A stretch of DNA of 64,000 nucleotides from Myxococcales bacterium. Lineage in GTDB: Bacteria; Myxococcota_A; Polyangia; Polyangiales; JAFGIB01. The DNA is taken from NCBI GenBank assembly GCA_050118535.1, contig JASFKR010000004.1:2028-66027 (forward strand), given 5' to 3'. Position numbers and translations under genes: made by a program. Shown in pieces: positions 10,654-18,742 of the stretch. Each line of letters begins with the position of its first letter. Positions within the stretch are counted from its first letter, which is position 1. The notes beneath the pieces were generated by a model that had not been told where the DNA came from, did no database searches, and was given only the letters and a program-made list of their open reading frames with translations.

Positions 10654-10664
10654 ACAAATTTTGT
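10654..10664. promoter_or_regulatory. Palindrome ACAAA-T-TTTGT, candidate enhancer-binding-protein site upstream of pilin
   Basis: Inverted repeat in an AT-rich patch about 100 bp upstream of a sigma54-like motif. Confidence 0.4.
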
Positions 10665-10761
10665 CATGTGAGTGGAAAGCCAGTGACGCTTAACGTCGTC
10701 CCGGCGGCCTGAGCCGAGGCGAACTGCCCAGAAAAGGTTAGTCGAACTGGGCGGTGCATGG

Positions 10762-10777
10762 TGGCACAGGACTTGTA
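10762..10777 (+). promoter_or_regulatory. sigma54-like -24/-12 promoter of pilin gene
   Basis: TGGCACAGGACTTGTA versus consensus TGGCACG-N4-TTGC; spacing correct, GT instead of GC at -12. pilA promoters in Myxococcus and Pseudomonas are sigma54-dependent. Confidence 0.6.
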
Positions 10778-10820
10778 TCTACCAAGTTCGGGGACTTCCC
10801 CCTTTGGGCAAGGATCGGAG

Positions 10821-11357
10821 ATGCGCAGAGCGAAACAAGACAAAGGCTTCACGCTCATCGAGTTGATGATTGTCGTGGCCATCCTCGGGATCCTCGCGGC
10901 CATCGCGATCCCAACCTTTTCTTTCTTCGTCGCCCGTTCGAAGACCGGTGAGGTCTCGAGCAACTTGAACCTGTTGTTCAAGTCGGCGTCGACGTACTAC
11001 AGCGCAGAGCGCGCTGGTCAGGGATCCGGTTCAGTGGTCGCGGGCTACTGCCGCGTGGGCAACGCGCTGCCGTCGCCCACCGCGCCGGGGTCCGCCAAGC
11101 AGAACTTCACCGGCAACGATACATTCCGCGCGCTCGGCTTCTCGATCGCCGACTACGTCTACTACAGCTACGGGATCAAATCGATGGGCGCGGGCTGCAG
11201 CGGGACAGCCAACACTCCGGCAGTGTACACCTTCTACGCGAATGGTGACCTGGACGGTGACTCCGACTACAGCACCTTCGAAATGGTCGCAGGCACCGAC
11301 AGCACCAACGTCCTGTATCACGGACGGGGGTTTTACATCATCAAGGAAGCCGAGTAG
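10821..11357 (+). CDS. pilA: Type IVa pilin (prepilin)
   Basis: Class III signal [24 protein letters not shown] with Glu5, two Cys, C-terminal GDLDGD motif. GGAG just before ATG10821. Confidence 0.88.
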   Translation: MRRAKQDKGFTLIELMIVVAILGILAAIAIPTFSFFVARSKTGEVSSNLNLLFKSASTYYSAERAGQGSGSVVAGYCRVGNALPSPTAPGSAKQNFTGNDTFRALGFSIADYVYYSYGIKSMGAGCSGTANTPAVYTFYANGDLDGDSDYSTFEMVAGTDSTNVLYHGRGFYIIKEAE

Positions 11358-11498
11358 TCGTTCCGGGCTGACTCCGGCCGTCCGAGTCCGCTTGGAAAAC
11401 ACTCGTGCTTCCTCGGTCGTCTGACGCCGGATTCAACTCCGGGTTGCGGCCTTCCGCATCGAAAGCCTTTCTTCGGCTTCACCTGCCGCCGCCAGGGC

Positions 11499-13493
11499 TC
11501 AAGGAGCCGACTCGACGAAGATGGCGATGCCGTCTTCGAACTGAATCACGACGCCGTTGCCGTCCGTGACCTTGCCGCTCTTGACGCCGCGCTTGGCGAG
11601 CTGTTCGGCGATGTACGCAGAGGTGTCTTCGCGCTCGCGCTGGTTCAGCTTCGCCCATTTGTCCGGATGGATGAGCGCTTCGATGTTCCGGTCCCCCTCG
11701 GGGCCGCGCAGAATTCCCCTCACGAGCATTGGAGAGATCTCGTGGACCTGTTTCCCGACGAGGGTCTTGGGCGGCGTGCTCACCTCGATCGCGCCGGTCT
11801 GCGTCAGCACGAACCCGATGGCGCCCACGGCCAACAGCGTCGCCACGATCAGCTTTGCCAGCTGGGCGTCGAATGCAATGTTGATCCTGGGAAGCTTTTT
11901 CTTCTTATGCTTGCGCCGCCTTGCTGCCTTGGCTTGGCCTTCGGCGGCCCTGCGTTCGGTCTCGGCTTTTTCGCGCGCGCTGACCTTCCGCTTGGGGCGC
12001 TGTCGCTTGACCCCGAATATGTTGTCGACCGCCTGCTCCTGCTCTCGCAGCTGCCCCATGATTTGTTCGCGGGGCGAGCCTTCTTGCGTGAGGCGGTTGG
12101 ACTCGTGGCTCGCTTCGCGTTCTCCGATCCAGTGCTCGAGCAAGTTGTCCAGCTTGGCGTTGATCGCTGCCGAAAGGTAGACGAAGTCCGCGTTGAGGAG
12201 TTGGTCGCGCATGGACACCTTGTAGCCGTGCACGTCCAGGAAGTATCCGCTGTCGAAGAAGTCCTCCGGTGTCCGGTAGCTTTCGAGGCGTGTCAGCGCG
12301 TCGCGCAGGTACGTCAGGGCCTGCTGCAACTCGTCGCGGTCGACCTTGTGTGGCAGGCCACCGATGAGGTGCTGCAGGGCCGTCTTCGCCTGATCCTTGG
12401 GCACTAGCTGCAGGCGTCCGGCCTCGTCGCGACGGGTCAAGAGGTAGGTCGCGAGCCATTCGAAGCGGTCGCGTCGAAAGCCCGCGTTGAAGCGACGGCT
12501 CGCCAGCAGCCGACCATAGCGCGCCAGCAACTTGAGCGGGTGCTTGCCCGAGCTGACGCGTTTCCGGAAGACCTCCCGCTCGACCAGATCGTCGAGGCTG
12601 AGCAGTCGTTCTTCGATGGGTGACAGCTCGGCCTCGACGCGGTCGAGCAACTCGCGGCCCGGGTTCTTGAGGACCACGTCCGGCTGCTTCACGGGGCTCG
12701 TCTCACCGTCGGCACGATCCGGGCTGATGGTGCGCTCCAGGCCCATCAGCATGCGCGCCACCTCGGCGCGCTCGTCGTCGGTGATGCCCAGAAAGCCGAG
12801 CAACCGGAAGGCATCGCGGCAGGTCTGAATTCGCACGATCACCCGGCGGCGTCGCTGCTCGAGGTGTTGCTCGGCGGTCAGCGCGCGTTGGGCGGACGCA
12901 CGTCTCTTCGGGGGAGGTGCCCGGAACGCGGCGGCGCCCGGGTGGCCCGAGGTCGCCTGGGCTTGGGCGACGTCTGACTCCGCGGGCCGGGCCTCGTGCT
13001 CCGGGACGGCCAAAGGCTCCGCGGGTGCGTCGTCTGCGGGCTCCGCTTGCTCCCGCGGCGCCGCCGACTGCGTCGCGGGCATGGACGGAGCGTTCAACCC
13101 CGAGGAGGCCTCCGCGGGTTCATCAGAGCTCGTCTCCTGTCCATCAGAATGCTGCTCGGCGCGTGCAATGGCCGCGTTGACGTCGGGCATGGACGCCAGG
13201 TCGAGCTCGACCGACGGCTTGGTCGCAGGCGCGTCGAGCTCGTGTACGAACTCCATCGTGGAGCGCTTGGCGTCGGAACGTTCGGGCTGCGCAATCGGGG
13301 CAGCGCCCGCGCTCGCGGTGGCCGGCGGCGCCGGGGCATCGGGGGCGCCCGCGGCCGGAGGGGGCGGCGGCCGGTGGGCGCCCGTGGGCGGTGGCGGGGG
13401 CGCGGGCTTGCCGTTCGGAGATGGGGCGGCCGTCTCGGGCGCCGCACCCGCCGTGGCACGGCCGCGCGCGTCCTCTTTCGATGAGGCACTCAC
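11499..13493 (-). CDS. Large hypothetical bitopic membrane protein (disordered Pro/Ala N-terminus, helical core, basic stretch, TM helix, small C-terminal domain)
   Basis: Long ORF, open to 13607, start uncertain. RRRKHKKKK precedes TM LIVATLLAVGAIGFVL. Confidence 0.7.
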   Translation of the reverse strand: MSASSKEDARGRATAGAAPETAAPSPNGKPAPPPPPTGAHRPPPPPAAGAPDAPAPPATASAGAAPIAQPERSDAKRSTMEFVHELDAPATKPSVELDLASMPDVNAAIARAEQHSDGQETSSDEPAEASSGLNAPSMPATQSAAPREQAEPADDAPAEPLAVPEHEARPAESDVAQAQATSGHPGAAAFRAPPPKRRASAQRALTAEQHLEQRRRRVIVRIQTCRDAFRLLGFLGITDDERAEVARMLMGLERTISPDRADGETSPVKQPDVVLKNPGRELLDRVEAELSPIEERLLSLDDLVEREVFRKRVSSGKHPLKLLARYGRLLASRRFNAGFRRDRFEWLATYLLTRRDEAGRLQLVPKDQAKTALQHLIGGLPHKVDRDELQQALTYLRDALTRLESYRTPEDFFDSGYFLDVHGYKVSMRDQLLNADFVYLSAAINAKLDNLLEHWIGEREASHESNRLTQEGSPREQIMGQLREQEQAVDNIFGVKRQRPKRKVSAREKAETERRAAEGQAKAARRRKHKKKKLPRINIAFDAQLAKLIVATLLAVGAIGFVLTQTGAIEVSTPPKTLVGKQVHEISPMLVRGILRGPEGDRNIEALIHPDKWAKLNQREREDTSAYIAEQLAKRGVKSGKVTDGNGVVIQFEDGIAIFVESAP

Positions 13494-13659
13494 GTGCCAC
13501 GATCCTACCACCAGTTGGGTGCCCTGTTGGGGTTTCGCGAACGGGCTGACGCGAGCGAGTGCTCCCATGTCTGCTGGCTCCGTACAGGTAGTTTCGGGGA
13601 TGTTCACGGCCGGGCGAGAGGGGCATACTCACCGTGTGGGACAAACCAGGGTGGGTTCA

Positions 13660-14391
13660 GTGGCCAGCAAGAACAACGACATGCTCGCGGTCGAGGCGGG
13701 TGCCGAGCCCAGGCATCCGGGTGCCGGGAACGCCCATGCGGGTGACGAGCAGGACGAGCATCGGGACGCAGGGGACGTGGAGGAGGAGCTCGACGCCAGC
13801 GACCTGGAGATCATCGGCGCGCCGGACGCGGTGCCGGTGCGCGCGAGCAGTGCGCCTCCGCCGGTGCCGCGGGATACGCGGCCTTCTGAGCGGCCCACGC
13901 TGCGACCGAGCGTTCCGCCGCCGCAGTCGGGGATCTGGCGGATCCCGCCGACGCCGCCGTTGGCCGGCGGGACGCCAGCCATGGCACCGCCGCCCGAGCC
14001 AGCCGAGCTGCGTCGGGAGCGGGAGCTATTCGCACGGCGCACACGCGAGCAGAAGGCGGAGAATGACCGGCTGCGACTCGCGGTGACCCTGCGCGAGGAT
14101 CGCATTCGAGAGTTGGAGCTGGCGCTGAGCGACGCCTGCGAGCGGGCGACCGAGCTCGAGCGCAGGGTCGAGCGATTGCAGCGATCGATCCCGCCGGACG
14201 ATCTGAAGCGCATTTCGGGTATCGGCCCGGCCTTCGAGCGGGCGCTCCACGCCCAGGGCATCACGCGCTTCGCCGAAATCGCCCGGTGGAGCAACGAGGA
14301 CGTCCAGCGCGTGGCCGAGGCGTTGGGCATTCCGCCGCAGCGTATCGAGCGCGACGGGTGGGTCGAGAGCGCTCGCGAGCTCGCCACCTGA
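13660..14391 (+). CDS. Coiled-coil protein with C-terminal helix-hairpin-helix domain (COG3743-like)
   Basis: DDLKRISGIGPAFERALHAQGITRFAEIARW...RIERDGWVESARELA. Start GTG13660 or ATG13681. Confidence 0.78.
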   Translation: MASKNNDMLAVEAGAEPRHPGAGNAHAGDEQDEHRDAGDVEEELDASDLEIIGAPDAVPVRASSAPPPVPRDTRPSERPTLRPSVPPPQSGIWRIPPTPPLAGGTPAMAPPPEPAELRRERELFARRTREQKAENDRLRLAVTLREDRIRELELALSDACERATELERRVERLQRSIPPDDLKRISGIGPAFERALHAQGITRFAEIARWSNEDVQRVAEALGIPPQRIERDGWVESARELAT

Positions 14392-14436
14392 AGGGCGCGG
14401 GGCGCGGTCGGGCGCTGAACGTCGTATGCTCGAGTC

Positions 14437-15381
14437 ATGCGGCCGCTGATCGAGACGGGTGTCTGGCTGCGGGTGACGCTCGTCACGGCTCTCGTGGGGC
14501 CGTCCGCGATGGGATGCGACGATGACCGGCGCGCGGCGGCGCCGGCCGACGGCCAGCCGACCACGCTGCCGGATGGGCGGGTGTGCTTCCAGGAGCGCGT
14601 GTACCGCGACACGGACGGCGACGGTTACGGCGTGCAAGATGACAGCCGCTCGGCGTGCCTGTCCGAGGGCGAGACCATCGAGGGCTATGCCCCGGCCTAC
14701 GGCGATTGCGCGCCCGACGACCCGCAGGTCCATGCCGGGGCAGACGAGATTTGTGGCGACAACCTGGACGAAAACTGCGACCCGGCCGACGAACTCTGCC
14801 CCGAGAGTCTGAGCGCGGAGGTCCGGCGTCCCGCCTGGGATTGCAGCGACGACTCGCCACCGGACCACGTGCTGGCCTGGGCGCGCTTCGAGGACAACGA
14901 CTACTATATGCCGGGCGCGTGCTTCGTCTTCTTCGAGGGGCTCGAGGACGAATTCTACGTGGAGCCGATCGGACTCGAGCCCGCTGCCGAGAAGGCCATG
15001 CGGGGGCCGAACGGCGAGTGTCAGGCGGTCGAGGGGTGCATCTGTCCTTCGGTCGACAACTGGAGCTACGACCGGGGGCGACTGTACGCGTTGACGATCC
15101 GCGGCGAGCCCGCGGACTGCGAGGAGATCGTGGTCTACGAGCAGCGAGGTGACGAGCAGGTCGTTTCCAACGAGTGTCGCAAGTACCTCTACCAGATCTG
15201 GTTCAACCCCAACGAATTCTCCTTCGTAACGCGGGGTGAGGATGCGCTCCGACGGCGTATCGAGCGCTTCCCCAAGGTCGAGATCGCGTGCTTCGAAGGC
15301 CAGCCCTTCGATGACCTTCCCTTCGCCAGCCTGCTCACGGCTCCGATCCGGATCAACCCGGGGTTCGTGGCGCAGCCCTAA
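14437..15381 (+). CDS. Cys-rich lipoprotein with MopE-like putative metal-binding repeat
   Basis: Lipobox-like AMGC; YRDTDGDGYG...GDCAPDDPQVHAGADEICGDNLDENCD. Confidence 0.75.
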   Translation: MRPLIETGVWLRVTLVTALVGPSAMGCDDDRRAAAPADGQPTTLPDGRVCFQERVYRDTDGDGYGVQDDSRSACLSEGETIEGYAPAYGDCAPDDPQVHAGADEICGDNLDENCDPADELCPESLSAEVRRPAWDCSDDSPPDHVLAWARFEDNDYYMPGACFVFFEGLEDEFYVEPIGLEPAAEKAMRGPNGECQAVEGCICPSVDNWSYDRGRLYALTIRGEPADCEEIVVYEQRGDEQVVSNECRKYLYQIWFNPNEFSFVTRGEDALRRRIERFPKVEIACFEGQPFDDLPFASLLTAPIRINPGFVAQP

Positions 15382-15387
15382 TCTCGC

Positions 15388-15867
15388 TCAGCGTATGCGC
15401 GTCCTGGCCTTGGCCAGCTTCAGCACGCGTTGGAAGTGCGCCTTGTCGACCGGCTGCACCGACAGGCGCTGTCCCTTGCGCGTGACCAGCATCCCCTCGA
15501 GGTCTGGGTCGGCCTTGAGCTCGTCGAGCGGCACCAGCCTCGGGAGGGTCTCGACATACTCGACGTCGACCATCCACCACCTCGGGTCGTCCCGGTTGGA
15601 CTTGGGGTCGTGGTACTTGGACTTCCGATCGAACTGGGTGTGGTCCGGGTAGGCCCGCTTCGACACGCGAGCTACCCCGGCAACGCCGGGCGGCTTGGCG
15701 TTGGAGTGATAGAAGAGCACCAGGTCGCCGACACTCATCTCACGCATGAGGTTGCGCGCCTGGTAGTTGCGCACCCCGTCCCAGCACTCCTGGCCGTCGC
15801 GCTCCAGATCCGCGATGCCGTAGACATCGGGCTCGCTCTTCATCAGCCAATACTTCCGCTTTGCCAT
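15388..15867 (-). CDS. EVE domain protein
   Basis: YWLMKSEP, WDGVRNYQARN, GDLVLFYHS, RLSVQPV. Confidence 0.95.
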   Translation of the reverse strand: MAKRKYWLMKSEPDVYGIADLERDGQECWDGVRNYQARNLMREMSVGDLVLFYHSNAKPPGVAGVARVSKRAYPDHTQFDRKSKYHDPKSNRDDPRWWMVDVEYVETLPRLVPLDELKADPDLEGMLVTRKGQRLSVQPVDKAHFQRVLKLAKARTRIR

Positions 15868-15929
15868 GGTGCGGGCAGTAGACTCGCAAGCCGTTGCGCG
15901 GCGCAAGCGGGCCGTGGGAAAAGAGGGAC

Positions 15930-16379
15930 ATGAACCGCGCCGTGTCGACGCTCGCATGGCTGACGCTCGCCGTCTCCGGCGCCGCATGTCGATCGGATCC
16001 GTCCACCGAACCCAGGCCGGGCGCAGTGGTACAGGATACGCCGACATCGGCGCGAGCCCCTTCGTCCGAGTCCGAGCCCGAGCCCGCACCGGAGGAGAAG
16101 AACGCCCGCAGCCCCGTCGCGGCCGGCGATGAAGCGTGCCAGGGGGCAGTCGCTTGCTTCGAGGCCGCGCGCGCCGCCGAGCAGGCCGGTGCACGGGAGG
16201 CCGCGCTGCTGCTATACGAGCGGGCGTGCGACGCGGACGGCGCTCAGGCCTGCGCGCGGCTCGGCCACATGCACCTGTTGGGCCAGGGGACCGAGGTGGA
16301 TGAGGCGCGCGGCCTGGACTACCTGCGCCGCGCCTGCAGGCTGGGCAGCCCGGGCGCCTGCGACGCCCTGGGCCACTGA
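15930..16379 (+). CDS. Sel1-like repeat lipoprotein
   Basis: Signal ending GAAC; YERACDADGAQACARLG and YLRRACRLGSPGAC repeats. Confidence 0.8.
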   Translation: MNRAVSTLAWLTLAVSGAACRSDPSTEPRPGAVVQDTPTSARAPSSESEPEPAPEEKNARSPVAAGDEACQGAVACFEAARAAEQAGAREAALLLYERACDADGAQACARLGHMHLLGQGTEVDEARGLDYLRRACRLGSPGACDALGH

Positions 16380-16412
16380 GGCATTCCAGTCTGGCGGTCG
16401 GACGGGGCTCGC

Positions 16413-17405
16413 TCAGTCGAACCAGCGCTCCTCGGCCTCGGCCGGGAGCTTGACGCCCGTGACGTTCGCCTTTTGCACCAGCTCCCAGAAGTAGCGGTAG
16501 GTGGCGCGGTCGTGCAGCTCGCCGGCGTACTGGATCGGGCCCCAGTTGGCGTCCTGGGCCGCGGCCAGGATGGCCACCGCTTCCTCGACCTCCGAGTAGC
16601 TCGGCTTCATCGCGTCCACGATGGGCTGGATCTGGGCCGGGTAGATGGACCACATGCGCAGGAAGCCGAACTCTTCGCGTGCGCGCTTGGCGTCGGCATA
16701 GGTTTGGTACTGATTCTTCAGGTCGAGGGTGACGTTGTGAGCCGGCACCACGCCGCTGCACATGGCCGCCGACACCATGCGAGCCTTGGCGTAGGAGATG
16801 GCACGATGGTCGAACTGGCCTGGGGAGCGCATGTTCGACGACGCGATGGCACCATGGAAGCCGGAGACGAAATCCATCAGGCCGAAGTCGAGCACCTGCA
16901 CCCAGGGCAGGGCGGCGATGTCGTAGGCATCTCGAAGGGCGCCGTGGGTCTCGATCAGGACGTGGATGGGGATCTCGCGCTCGATCCCGGCCTCTTTACA
17001 TGCCTCCTGAATGTAGCTGATTTGCTCGGCGGCCTGGGAGGCGGCTGTGGGCTTGGGCAGCGTGATGTAAGCGACCTCGTTGCCGGCCCCCGGCACGACG
17101 ATGTCCACGTCCTGCTTCCACAACGGGTGGCTCCAGTCGTGGATGCGCACGCCCGCCTTCTTGTGGACGTTCTTGTCGCTCTTGGCCATGGCGACCACCA
17201 TCTCGGCGTGCTCCTTCTCCTGACCCGCCTTGGCGCCATCCTCGCAGTCCATGGTGATGTCGAAGATGCCCTCCAGCTTCTGCTGAAGATCCATGGCCTT
17301 GCCGATCAACTTTTCGCTGCCCGCGAAGTGCTCGACGGTGTTGATGATCGGGAACGGCTTCTCACCGGAGAACAGGGCGTCGTTGGGATGGGTGCGGTCG
17401 CTCAT
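16413..17405 (-). CDS. HpcH/HpaI aldolase / citrate lyase beta (CitE-like) family protein
   Basis: DCEDGA, LPK, LIETHGAL, FGLMDF, WSIYPAQI. SD AAGGAG upstream. Confidence 0.88.
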   Translation of the reverse strand: MSDRTHPNDALFSGEKPFPIINTVEHFAGSEKLIGKAMDLQQKLEGIFDITMDCEDGAKAGQEKEHAEMVVAMAKSDKNVHKKAGVRIHDWSHPLWKQDVDIVVPGAGNEVAYITLPKPTAASQAAEQISYIQEACKEAGIEREIPIHVLIETHGALRDAYDIAALPWVQVLDFGLMDFVSGFHGAIASSNMRSPGQFDHRAISYAKARMVSAAMCSGVVPAHNVTLDLKNQYQTYADAKRAREEFGFLRMWSIYPAQIQPIVDAMKPSYSEVEEAVAILAAAQDANWGPIQYAGELHDRATYRYFWELVQKANVTGVKLPAEAEERWFD

Positions 17406-17551
17406 CGTGCGAACTCCTTGGAAATGCTTTCGGGTCGGGCGCAAGCGTCCCCGCGAGTCGAGGCGGCGCCCGTCAGCCGGGGCTGCACATATCACGTTCT
17501 GGCCCGCAGCGCGGCCCGGCGCACCACAAAAATGACTGCTCGGGTGTACAG

Positions 17552-18742
17552 CTATCGATCCCGCGGCTCGTCCCAGTCCGAGAAGGGGCGGCCGAGATCC
17601 GCCGGGAAGGCGCGCGTGGCCAGCGACCGCAGCGCCCTGGCCAGCGTGCGGTCGGCCGGCTGCGGGCGTGCGAGGCGCAGGAGCGTGGAGGCCGCGGCGC
17701 GAACCGCGGCGTCATGGGGCCGGTAGGCGAGGGCGGTCGCGGCGCGCAGCAAGCGCTCCACGGGATCCGTCAAGCTGGGCGCCAGACCCGTCCCCGAGAT
17801 CATGGGCAGCGACCGCAGGGCCGTTCGCAGGCGGCTGTCGATCCCGTCGTAGGCCCGCTCGAGCAGCGGCTCCGTGCGGCTCACATAGGACAGCACGTCC
17901 AGTGGCGTGCCCACGCGCTGGCGTTCGTGGGCGAGGTGCCACTCCGCCAGACCGCGTCGGGTGGCGCCCAGCCAGCCGGACGCGTTTCCGGACGGGGGCC
18001 GCCACTCGTCGGGACGGCTGGCGTAGAGCATGGCCTGCTCGTAGGCGGATCGCAGGGCACTCGGCGCCAGCACCTGCTTGAGGCGGAGCATGCGCTGCTC
18101 GAAATTGGGTGCGTAGGCGCGTCGGTCCAGCAGCAGACCATCGCCGCACGCCGCGACGGCGCGGTGGGTGTGCCCGATCGCTGCCGCGTCGTCCACGTGC
18201 TCCAGGTTGGCGAGCGCCAGCGCCGTGAGTGCCTCGCACACCACCAGCTGGCCCGCGTCGGGCCTGAGCTGGGAGGACTCGTAGCGGGGCGCTCGCGCGG
18301 CGAGCTGTGGGTCGCCAGCCAGTGTGAGCACGTGTCCGCGGCCGACGTGATACCAGAAGCGAGTGCGGGGGGCTCGGGCCAGGTCGGCGATCGCCAGCGC
18401 CCGGAGTCGCACCCGGGTGAACAGCAGCCGCGACCAGGTGGCGGCCATGGCGGTCAGCGCCCGGGTGTGCCGCTCGGGCTTGCGCGGGGTCAGGGCGATC
18501 AGATCGTAGCCCGGGACGGCCAGGGGCTCGCCGTCTTGCAGCACGAAGCCGCCTTCCGCGCGAGCAAATGGACCCACGAGCAGAAGCGCGCGCACCTGCT
18601 CGCCCAGCTCGCCGAAGACGCCGGTGGCCACGCGGGCCAGGTCCTGTGCCACCCGACCGTCGGCGGCCGCGTCGCCTGCGAACGTGTAGCGGGTGTGGGG
18701 GCTGGGGACGCGAACTGATGCCTTAGCGCTGACGTGGGGCAT
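17552..18742 (-). CDS. Divergent nucleotidyltransferase-like protein (probably inactive)
   Basis: LLLVGPFARAEGG...PGYDLIAL resembles the pol-beta-fold hG[GS]...DhD motif; helical C-terminal region. Confidence 0.55.
   Translation of the reverse strand: MPHVSAKASVRVPSPHTRYTFAGDAAADGRVAQDLARVATGVFGELGEQVRALLLVGPFARAEGGFVLQDGEPLAVPGYDLIALTPRKPERHTRALTAMAATWSRLLFTRVRLRALAIADLARAPRTRFWYHVGRGHVLTLAGDPQLAARAPRYESSQLRPDAGQLVVCEALTALALANLEHVDDAAAIGHTHRAVAACGDGLLLDRRAYAPNFEQRMLRLKQVLAPSALRSAYEQAMLYASRPDEWRPPSGNASGWLGATRRGLAEWHLAHERQRVGTPLDVLSYVSRTEPLLERAYDGIDSRLRTALRSLPMISGTGLAPSLTDPVERLLRAATALAYRPHDAAVRAAASTLLRLARPQPADRTLARALRSLATRAFPADLGRPFSDWDEPRDR

Noticed and set aside
15388..16761. 457-aa ORF ending in the EVE domain
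   Set aside because: The upstream part overlaps the Sel1 and CitE-like genes; the true start is ATG15867.
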